Positions 13,080-46,169 of a stretch of 64,000 nt of DNA are shown here, in pieces (position 1 is the first letter of the stretch; every line of letters starts with the position of its first letter). This DNA comes from the human T2T-CHM13v2.0 reference genome, Homo sapiens. The notes under the pieces are model-generated. The model searched no databases and was not told where the DNA came from. It was given only the letters and a program-made list of their open reading frames with translations. Both the position numbers and the translations under genes were made by a program. The DNA is taken from assembly GCF_009914755.1 (NCBI RefSeq), contig NC_060946.1; one strand, 5' to 3'.

Positions 13080-15560
13080 GCTGGCCAGGCGGGGAGGGAG
13101 CGGCAGCAACGTGGAGAGTCCAGCAAAGCGGGAGTGGGGCGGGGTGGAAGAGGTAGTCCGGCCGGCTGGGTCTCGGGGCGGGCCCCCCGCCCGCACGCCC
13201 CCCAACTCACTCACTCGGGTCTCCGCGGCGGCGGGGCGCTCTACCGGCCGCGGGGCGGCTTCTCCCTCCAGGGTGGCCTGAGCGCGGGGCGGAGGTCGCT
13301 CTCCTTTCCTTCCCGGGCGTCGCCGGGCCAGGGGACCGAAGTCCTTTTCGTCGTTGAGGGTTGGGGGACGAAGCAGGGGGCTATGGACTATGACTCTCAA
13401 TAATTTCTTTCAGCTCTTAGGAGGTCGGGCTCGGCAGCGGGGGGCCCGAGGGCGGGCGGGCGGACTAGCGGCGACGACGCGGGGATGGCGGATCGGAGGG
13501 TGGTTCGTGTCGCGCAACGGCAGACGGTATGGGCTGTCGCCGGCAGACGGTCCTGCCCTCCTGGCCCCGCGTCGCCCGAGCCACGGCTTGCCTCAGCCAA
13601 CAACCCGCACCTTCCCGCGCCCCGGCCCGAAGTGAGCAAAGTCAATGAAAAGTTTCACCCTTAGCAACCCTGCGCACGGATCCGGCTTCCCCACCCCTGC
13701 GTGATGCGTCCCTCCGCCCTGCAGGGGCGGGGCCAGGGCCCGGCCGGGACTACTTCCCAGCCAGCCCCGCGCCTCAGCTCGCTGGTATCTCGCGGAGCAG
13801 CTCCTGTGCCCTTCTGTGCTCGCCGGTCGTGCGTCCGGCTCCCCGTCTTCCCCTCCCTGTCACAGCGCCGCGCCGCACTCCTTTCCTTCATTCCCATACC
13901 ACTCTGAACTTGTGCGCGTCGTGTGAGGTGTTCTCCCAGGGGCGCTCCGTGAGGGCCGGGGACCACCTGGGGCCGGGTTGCTCACGAGCCGGGCACAGTG
14001 CACTCTCCCTTTAGTTGTGTTTGGGGGACGAGTATCGCGGGGGAGGGGAGGGAGTCACCATGCCCGCCGGAAACCCCCCGCTGAGTCGTCCGCCCTGCAC
14101 CTGCCTCGGAGCCCATGGTTCGGACGTTTGCCCGAGCCGTTTCCCGGGGCCTTCCCTCCAGCTCCGAGCGTCTGGCCGTGTCCGCGGCGATAGCATCGCC
14201 CCGTTACGGCCTCTGCGGGAGGGGGAACTGAGGGGACGACGCGGGCTCTGGAAACATTTCGGACCCGTTTCGGGCAGGCATGAGTCTTCCGAGCGCCTTG
14301 TGATTCCTCGGGGGGCTCAACGTCGAAAGAAAGGCGAGGGAGACTCTGGGGCCTGGGCCACGCTGTGCGGGAGTAAGAGGAGCCGAGGACGAGGCTGACG
14401 GCCGTGAAACTAGCCGAGTGCCACAAAGGACCTTCCCCTCACCGCCTCTGGCGCTCCTTTCCTTGCAGCCTGGAGGGCCGGCTCTGGCTCTGCGCAGGCG
14501 CGCGGGCGCAGCCCCTCTCCCAACTCTTGTTTGCTCTTTCTGGCCAGCGACCCCAGTGTGGGGCACGCGGGAGAGCCCCACATTTCTTCTAGTCGCAGTC
14601 CCGCCGGCGTGGGGTGGCCCCTGACCGTGCAACGGGCGCAAGGCTCGCACCCACTACGGCCCCTCGGGCGGCGGAGCGAGGCTCCGCGAACCCGGGACTG
14701 GGCGCGCCAGGCCCGCGCGCTGAGGCCCCCTCCCCCGGCTCTGGCCACGCGGGCTGCTCTGCCTCTGTGAGTGTGCGGGACACAGAGCCAGGGGGAGGGA
14801 GGGCCGTGTTCTGCGGTCACAGGCAGACAGGAGTGCCGGAAGATGCAGTCTGGAGCCCCCGGGGGACTGTGAGTGAGGTCTTCTCCCCGGTCCCTCCTTA
14901 GATCTCCCATTTCCCAGTTCTCCCCTCCCGCCCACACCTTTTTTGTCATTCCAGACGGTTCCGGCCCAGCAGCAGCCGCCATCCCCACGTTGGGTGGCGA
15001 GATCCGAAAGTTTCCAGCTACGAACAGTTTGCTTTTTTTTTTTCCTTGATCGCTTTTTTTGGCAAGGGCGGAGAGCACCAGTAGCGTGGGGGGTTTAAAT
15101 GCACTTTCCCTGAATGCAACAGAGAAATGCCGGGCTGGAGGGCAAACTCCACCGGGACAGGGAGGCGGGAGATAGCCTGAGCGCCCCCCCATCCCCCACA
15201 CTCTGAGCGTCGCAACCCCGGGGGCACCTCCAGGGACTACTTGCCTTGTGCGTCAGCGAGTGACAGCGTCACACACACGCCCCCTCCCGCACATGCCCGC
15301 TGCACCCTCCCTTTCCCCCTCCCCTTCCCTTCTCTCTTTTCCCCTAGCTCTTCCCACCAGGCAGAGAGGCTCAGCCGACCCACACGCTCCCAGAGCACTG
15401 AAAGCTAAAAATATAGCCGGTGTGTTAGCAACAGCCTTCCCATTGGTCGGGGGAAAGGGAGAAGCGGTGTCTGATTGGGTTTAGGATCCAGCCGCTAAGA
15501 CTGGGCCCTTGGGAGTGTGCGTTTGCGCCAGCGGGCACGGCAAGGGATGCTGGTATTTGT
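13080..15560. promoter_or_regulatory. CpG island / TOB2 promoter region
   Basis: Very high GC and CpG density, Alu-free, with GC boxes, CCAAT boxes and a ZNF143-type motif. Confidence 0.85.
13211..13660 (-). other. TOB2: Probable non-coding exon 1 of TOB2 (5' end approximate)
   Basis: CpG-island sequence ending in donor(s) CCCGA|gtga|gtgagt (GT at 13214 or 13210). GC box GGGGCGGGGC at 13724-13733 just upstream. No upstream AUG seen on the - strand in this interval. Confidence 0.65.
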
Positions 15561-15589
15561 AGTCATTGATTAAGGCAGCCATGTAAATA

Positions 15590-15750
15590 GGTGGGTTTAC
15601 ATCCCAGTTCGGCTACCTACTGTGTGATCTTGATTTAATGCAGCAAAACGCTTGACATCACCAAACCTCAGTTTCCCCATCTATAAAATGGAGCTCGTGT
15701 CGGGGATTAAATATGATGCTGTATGTAAAGCCTGGCTCAAATCGTTGCTA
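15590..15750. mobile_element. MIR fragment
   Basis: MIR core cctcagtttccccatctataaaatgg...ggattaaat. Confidence 0.7.
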
Positions 15751-16633
15751 TTCTTAATTTAAAGATTAGTGTTTGGGCCAAATTGCCTCTGCACATCCTG
15801 CATATCCTGGGCTGAGTATGGTGTCCACTCTCCAATGTGAAACTTCTGACAATGGTAAAGGTGAAGGTGAGCTGAAGCGAGTTGTCCTACGGCATCTTAG
15901 GAGGAACAGCTGGAGTACATATAAGCAGTTAGAGGGTAGACGTCTTCTACCATTCCGGACAGGTTGAGGGAGGGCGGACTGAATCCTTGGAAGGAAGGCC
16001 ATGAGTTTCTGCATGTTTGTGCGTTTAATAGAATCTCTTCTGCAACGCTGGAAAGACATCAGCCCTGAGTAGCATCATTAGAATGAAATGAGAAATCCAG
16101 CCTCCTTGGTGGGAGCTCTGGGTAAAAGGTTAGCATATAAGTAGGAAAAGATAAAATCGAGGGGAAAAAACGTAACCGCCCTTCTCAACTGCTGATGTCT
16201 CCATTTATCATGTGGTGATGAAGTTTTTTTTTCCTTCCCAGTGTGTGATTACATCTTGCCAGGGCTTAATTGTGAGCTGAATGCCTACTCAGGCATTCCA
16301 GATTCCCCTCCCATTTTGAATAATCATATGTTGAACGGCATGCACCGTGCTTGCAAAATAGTGAGCTCCATGAGCAAGCAAGTGAGGCAGGGAGAAGGTG
16401 GGGGCACATCACCTGTCTGAGAGTAAGCAAGATGTGACGCCATGACAAGTCAGGCTGGTCATAATTGGCCCCAGTTAACTCGCATAGATGCGTCACCCTT
16501 TCATACACACTCCAGGGCAAGAAATTTTGTATTGTTTCTTTGAAGTTATCCAAGAAAATACTTCCTCAATTTGATCTCTTCAGCAGGTGCAAAGGAAGAA
16601 ACTGGCTTTGGGGAAGCGTGGTTGCCTACTTAA

Positions 16634-17457
<824 letters not shown>

Positions 17458-17658
17458 ACAAATGATTTTTTATATATTCACCAATACTGTGAAGTCTAGT
17501 AAACAAGGTAAGTAAACAAACCTGTCTTGCTAAGATGCTAAAATGCAGTGTTCAAAGAAAGTAACATTTTAGCTTTGGTGGTGTCAACAGGCCACTCGGG
17601 ACAGAGCTGATAAGGAATTGAGTGACTGGGAACAGATGGAAATAATCAGAGTCTTTTA

Positions 17659-22980
<5,322 letters not shown>

Positions 22981-23077
22981 ACTATTTTTTATTCTTAACT
23001 AGGGCTTTTTTGCTTTTTTGCACATTCTAATTACAGTCTGAAAATGATCTGGTCTCTCTACCTCTTTTGAGCTACCA

Positions 23078-24137
<1,060 letters not shown>

Positions 24138-24191
24138 ATCACCTCACTGATGCATTAGAATTGCTCAGAGCTCCCTACACACATCGCCCTA

Positions 24192-26325
<2,134 letters not shown>

Positions 26326-26569
26326 TCCACCATAACTGGAAGCTATCTCTTCAGTTCAAAATTAAAGTTGGACAGGAAGGAAAAAATAGTACGTTTCTAA
26401 AGATGACTTTGATCTATCTATAATGAAAGGTATGGGTGGTTTTGAATTCCTTCCAGTGGTAATAAGAGGACAAAGTACTTAACCAATCCCACTACCTCTG
26501 TTTTGAATCACAAATTCCTGGGTGACTAAAATAAATTCCTAGAGTTAAAGTTAAATGGGGAAGGTGACT

Positions 26570-27250
26570 ACCAGAAAATAAACACCAACTTTATTAATAT
26601 AATAGCAACAGAAAGAGTTTCCAATTTCTCAAAAGGAAAATAATATGAGACTAGTGGGCTATGATGATGCCTGTGAATAGCCAGCTACTGTACCCCACTG
26701 TAGCTGGACAAGTGTTAAACAAGTAAATGCCTTTCAAGAGGGCAGAGCCCTGCCCCCCCACCCCCCCCCCCCAAAAAAACGGGAAATGCCTACATTTCTT
26801 GTTCTGATAGCTTCCCACCACACACCAAAGGTTCCTCAAGGACAGCTGCCACCAGAGCTGCTGCAAGAACATGTTTTTCACTGGGCGTCGCTTCACAGTC
26901 AGTTCCTCAAGCAGAAGACTAAAATATTATTTCTTTTTAGAAGATCTTGGTTGAGGGAGAACATACCAATATGGAGAACAGATCTATGCTTCTCGAATTC
27001 AAGAAAAACCATTAACTAATCTATCAAGTTTTCTCCGATATGGTGTGCCAGAGTGCTCTGTGAAGAATCCTTTTCCATCCCTACCACGTGTCTGGGTGAA
27101 GGGAGAGGAGGGGGTGGCAAGCTGCCAGTACACTAGCAGGCACTCCTGGTGATGCTCTGGGCTCTGCTCCCTTTCTGCTGGTAGTAGTAGGCATGTTTTC
27201 TGGCAGCTGCAGCAGACTGATGTTGGGGGGAGGAAGGGGCCACCCACCAA
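26570..27250 (-). other. PHF5A: PHF5A 3'UTR (3' end approximate)
   Basis: Runs from the stop codon to AATAAA at 26590-26595. Confidence 0.8.
26590..26595 (-). terminator. PHF5A polyadenylation signal AATAAA
   Basis: tttatt on +, about 660 nt after the stop codon, followed on - by GU-rich gttggtgtt. Confidence 0.8.
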
Positions 27251-27550
27251 TCACCTCTTCTTGAAGCCGTATTTTTTGCGTTCATAGAAGAGGTCTGTCT
27301 TAGAGCTCCCCAGATTGACAATCTTTGGGCAGCCATCTCTCTGGAAAACAGAACAGAGAAGTTGTTAAGTCTTTGAGCCTGAACCAAGAGTGACTTAAGA
27401 TAAAAAATTTAAGCCCAGTGTGGTAGCATGTGCCTTTAGTCCCAGCTACTACTCGAAGGCCGAGGCAGGAGGATTGCTGAAGCCCAGGAGTTCGAGACTA
27501 GTGGGCTATGATGATGCCTGTGAATAGCCAGCTACTGTACCCCACTGTAG
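26647..27550 (+). repeat. Exact 57-bp direct repeat (26647-26703 and 27494-27550)
   Basis: gagactagtgggctatgatgatgcctgtgaatagccagctactgtaccccactgtag at both positions. Confidence 0.97.
27251..27340 (-). CDS. PHF5A: PHF5A exon 4 coding part ([29 protein letters not shown])
   Basis: Acceptor ctgttttccag|AGA; TGA at 27253-27251; the spliced CDS is 110 aa, matching PHF5A. Confidence 0.98.
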
Positions 27551-27590
27551 GCAACATAGCGAGACCCCCATCTCTTGAAAAAAAAAAAAA
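27412..27590 (+). mobile_element. FAM (fossil Alu monomer) in PHF5A intron 3
   Basis: Monomer with FAM-type gctatgat...gcctgtgaatagcca...gcaacatagcgagacccc and poly(A). Confidence 0.8.
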
Positions 27591-27728
27591 TTGGTCACAG
27601 AGTTCAAATTCTCATCTTAGTATTTGAAGAACTCAATAAATGGGTTTGTAAATGTGTCCAAACACCAGTTATCTCCTTAATTGGGAGGCCCAGATCAGCA
27701 CTGTTTCTTCCCTATCTCTTAGCACTTA

Positions 27729-34020
<6,292 letters not shown>

Positions 34021-34302
34021 GGATGTCATTTCTGAATAAGAATAACCACAGAGACATGAATGAGAGGGCTCTCCAAATTGCTGGTCTTGACAAAGATTTG
34101 CTTCCCTTGCATTCTTCCCCTTGATGCAAAATAACTGCCTTTTATTGGACTACACCCAGTTTGACTCACAGAACTTGAAGAAATTATAACCTAGATGACT
34201 AGATGAACACAGTAATCTCCATAGACCATAGGAGATTGCAGTGGATGGCAAAGTGTTACTAAACAAAAGGAGGGAAGGTCAGATGGAAAGCTGTACACTT
34301 AC

Positions 34303-34469
34303 GTCCTTCTCCTGGATGGTGCACTCCTTACAATAATAGGCATCAGAGACCCCAGGTCCTCCACAGATCACACAGCGCCCCTGGTAAGATCCATAGTTAC
34401 ACTCATCACATATGCGCACCAGAGTGCAGGGACGCACATAGGAGTCACAAATCACACACTTGCCATCAC
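34303..34469 (-). CDS. PHF5A: PHF5A exon 3 ([55 protein letters not shown]), 167 nt
   Basis: Acceptor ttccttacag|, donor GAC|gtaagt; CxxC zinc-knot motifs; exons 1-3 total 243 nt = 81 codons. Confidence 0.98.
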
Positions 34470-34532
34470 CTGTAAGGAAGAGAATGGAGTCATGCTCACA
34501 AGTTCTTCAGTCCTCTGCTATCTCCTGCCATG

Positions 34533-34572
34533 GGGAAATATACTAGTCTCCTGGGAAATACACTAGTCTCCT
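34533..34572. repeat. 20-bp tandem duplication (1 mismatch) in PHF5A intron 2
   Basis: gggaaatatactagtctcct / gggaaatacactagtctcct. Confidence 0.9.
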
Positions 34573-34978
34573 TTTGACAGTGACTTTAGGGCCCTCCTCT
34601 TGGCATCACAAAACTTGGTTTCCCCAGTGTCCATCTCAAGCCCCTCAACACATACAAAAGTTTACCAATTAACATATGTGAAGAGCTTAGAAAAGCACCT
34701 CGGAGATGATAAGCCTGTATAATTGCTGGCAAAGTGCTGTGTGTTGGGGAGGGGTCATGCTACTCTGGCGATTCTTCCCGTTGAAAACTAGAGAGATACA
34801 GCGTTAAATGTGCAAGCGGCAGTGGGGAGTTAGAGGGGCCTTTGGCTAAAGTGCAGCATTCAGTGTTCACATACTTCCAGGCACATCTACTCAAAGCCCT
34901 CTTTGTGGCACTTTTGCTGGTTCCACAGAAAACTGGGAGTGGGAAGGGTGGGTTGTTGGGACGGTGTGTTCCACTCAC

Positions 34979-35002
34979 ATTTTTCACACAGTCTTCCGAT
35001 GG
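34979..35002 (-). CDS. PHF5A: PHF5A exon 2, 24-nt microexon (AIGRLCEKC)
   Basis: Acceptor tctttcatcttgcag|, branch-point-like TTCTAAT (A at 35033), donor T|gtgagt; continues the frame. Confidence 0.97.
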
Positions 35003-35456
35003 CTGCAAGATGAAAGATGGTAAAAAGTACAATTAGAATAAAGGTTTTGAGAAAGAGGAGAAGTACCTCCTCGAGCTGGGGGTAGGGACATGAGTAAGGA
35101 CTGCAGTGAGTGAGACCTGCGGATAGCCATTTTATCATTACAAATTTCCATATGAACCAAACCTACATCCAAGCACCCTCCTGAATCTCCTCCAACGCCC
35201 TGGGCAAGCTCAGAGTTTCTCTGGACCTGGTTCAGACCCCACCCCCCGATACCTGCCTGGGGCTCCCAGCACGCGCACCCCCGCCCTCTTCTCATCAGAG
35301 GCCACAAACCTGCGCGCTCCTACAACACCCCGCGCCTGAGAGGCGGGAAACGTGGCGCCTGCGAGGCAAGCCCCTAAGGAAGAGACGGGAACCCCCGACC
35401 CCCCAGCTCCTAATACCACCCCTGCCCAGACAGCCAGGGGTAGGGCGCAGTCTCAC

Positions 35457-35508
35457 CAACACCAGCCTGCTTGCGGCAAAAGATCAAATCAGGATGATGT
35501 TTAGCCAT
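35457..35508 (-). CDS. PHF5A: PHF5A exon 1 coding part ([17 protein letters not shown], 52 nt, phase 1)
   Basis: ATG at 35508; donor G|gtgaga at 35456; matches the PHF5A/Rds3/SF3b14b N-terminus. Confidence 0.98.
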
Positions 35509-36001
35509 AGCTCCTAACTAAGCCGGCCACCGGAAGCTTCGGGAACTTCCGTCCGACCTTTAACCCCCATTGTTCCTGCCTCCACGTCGCTGTGATTGGT
35601 TCTCTAAGCTTCCGTCAGTTTACAATCCTTGCACCAGGCCCGTCTTGCTCTCGCGCGAGTTTTTGTCGCTGCTGGGCGGCCAGGTCCTGGCAGGTGCATG
35701 AAACTCTTAAAAACTCTCCCAGATTTGGATGGCGGAGATAACTAAAATTTGTTCTTGGGTAAAACATCTTTGTGCTTGGTATCTATTTCTGCAAGTGTCT
35801 TTGGGCAGTCCGATTTCCTCTTGCGTGTCTGTTCGTTGCACGTGAGCTCCGCCCATTGCGTTCACAGGGTTCTGGCGCCTCTAGGGAGGCCTCGCCTTCA
35901 CCGTGACGCCCCACTCTTCCGGGCACGCCCCTGCCCAAAGGCTTTAAAGGCGCCGTGTGGGACGTCACTTTAATGCGACCTCATCTTTGTCAGTGCACAA
36001 A
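35509..36001. promoter_or_regulatory. Bidirectional CpG-island promoter shared by PHF5A and ACO2
   Basis: Start codons are head-to-head with 493 bp between them. ETS/GABP CCGGAAG (35530-35536), ACTTCCG (35545-35551), CTTCCGG (35916-35922). ATTGG box near 35595. Palindrome CTCGCGCGAG (35650-35659). CRE-like TGACG (35904) and GACGTCA (35961-35967). TATA-like TTTAAA near 35943. Confidence 0.9.
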
Positions 36002-36005
36002 ATGG
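35981..36005 (+). promoter_or_regulatory. Iron-responsive element (IRE) of ACO2 mRNA, overlapping the start codon
   Basis: UCAU-C-UUUGU-CAGUGC-ACAAA-AUGG: unpaired C35985, 5-bp upper stem, CAGUGN loop at 35991-35996; the lower stem pairs CAU with the AUG. Confidence 0.97.
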
Positions 36006-36037
36006 CGCCCTACAGCCTACTGGTGACTCGGCTGCAG
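36002..36037 (+). CDS. ACO2: ACO2 (mitochondrial aconitase) exon 1 coding part MAPYSLLVTRLQ, start of the mitochondrial targeting peptide; exon 2 is not in this window
   Basis: AAAATGG Kozak, recognisable N-terminus, CAG|gtgagc donor at 36038, IRE, divergent to PHF5A. Confidence 0.97.
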
Positions 36038-37201
36038 GTGAGCGAGCTCAGGGACCTCTGGGTTCACGGGGGCGGGGTGCCTCCTACTGTGCCGGCGGCT
36101 GTGGGCGAGGCAGGGCGAGGCGGGCCCAACCTGGGGCCAACTTCTCGTGTACCTGTCCCGGTTGTGGGCCCGGCACCCGTGCCCGCTTCTCTGGTGCCCT
36201 AGGTCAAGGCGTCCCCGGCACAGTCAGCTTTCCTGGCCCTGTCCCTGCCTCGCAAGAAGCGTGGGCCCAAGCAGCGGCGGCCGGGTGAAGAGCGGAGGCA
36301 CCTCTTTCTTCTTTTTGAGGACAGCATTGCCTGCTCCCGTGGGGTGTGTTTCCATTCCTCAAGGTGAGGACAAGGTGACTAGGGGGCGCGGTCGTTGTTG
36401 AGTCTTCTAGGCCCAGTTCCTGAGGCCTCACTTCCCATCTCTTAGCAACAGAGGCATGACAGCATCTACGGTTGCCAGGCCTGGAGTCTGGAGAAGAAAC
36501 TAGGACCCTGTACCACCTTTTGAGGACCCTGCGGAACGTGGAATGTCGGGGAGGGGGGCGGTCTTCTGGGCCCATACGTAGTAAATAATATAATAATAGT
36601 CTCTCACCTTTGCACAAGATTTGAGGCCTGTTTTAATTCTTCATAATATTATTTGATTCATGTAATCGTAGGAATGAGGTGGTTTTTCTCATTTGATGAT
36701 AAAGCTGGTAGAAAGTAGGTGAAAGTTCTGATTCTCAAGAGTGTCACCGAAGTGCTGTGGCAGAAGCATGGGCCCTACCACCACTCAGTTCTTGTTTATG
36801 TCAGCCTGCCCTCACAGAACTTTATGAACCACGGTGCAATTATTTCTGTTTGTCAGAATGCAGTACGAATATTTTGAGCCTCACAATAAGTTGCTTGTCA
36901 AATATGGGAGGATAAGGAGACTCCAGTTTGACCTTGACTCCCCTGTTAGGAGCTATCTAGAAAGCTGACTGACTGCCAGATGATTTTTTCACTTCTAACT
37001 TGACAGCCCTGGGAAGGTGTTATACTCAGAGGTTCAATGTCAAATGTGTACTTTGTTAATAAAAATCAAGCAAGCATCTGTAGACATTCTCTGTCAACCT
37101 TTCACATTTAACTTTGTGAATTCCTTTTGGATCAAGTGGCGCAACTTTGATAATAGAATTTTACGAGTTGTTATGCGTTGTACTCTCAGGAAGCTTGTGG
37201 T

Positions 37202-37272
37202 ACTTGAACTTATTTTTCATCACATTGCTTAAATTTAAACTTGAACTTATTTTTCATCACATTGCTTAAATT
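37202..37272. repeat. Tandem duplication, 34-bp exact unit with period 37
   Basis: acttgaacttatttttcatcacattgcttaaatt at 37202-37235 and 37239-37272. Confidence 0.95.
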
Positions 37273-37379
37273 GAAACCATATGGTTTAAAGTAAAATCAT
37301 CATTTATCTGAAAGAAAATATTTCTGATCTCAATTCCGGGCTAAGGGAAAGGATTTGCACCTAATTATCTCTTTACATC

Positions 37380-40358
<2,979 letters not shown>

Positions 40359-40359
40359 G

Positions 40360-45818
<5,459 letters not shown>

Positions 45819-46169
45819 TGACCTTCTGCAGGGCATCTGTGGTTGTGGTATTTATAAGCACTCACTGTGTCATGAGTGTGTTCACAGAGCTCTAAGACAA
45901 GGGCCCTGTCTGTGGAAGAGCTTTTAGGGTGGTGAGGGAGAAGTCATCTAAATAGCTATAATACACGGTACTGAAGCAAGGAGTAGGTGGGGGAATTTGC
46001 TGGGTGGGACTAAGTACAGCCTCAGCCACCCGTCCTGGAACATGGATGTAGTGGTGGTGTGTTTGGTCCGCCCACAGACAATGACAGATGCCCATCCAGG
46101 CCTGGAGGAGCGGAGAAACGCATTACCCACCATCTGTTGAGCAATCAGGCCCTCTGTGCCAGTCACAGA

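Noticed and set aside
12891-15484. Long ORFs in the CpG island (e.g. 14410-15201, 263 aa; 12891-13400, 169 aa)
   Set aside because: Stop-poor GC-rich DNA, mostly non-ATG starts, Arg/Gly/Pro/Ala-biased, no recognisable domain.
35957-36202. 81-aa ORF containing MAPYSLLVTRLQ
   Set aside because: It is ACO2 exon 1 read through the donor into intron 1; only 36002-36037 is coding.
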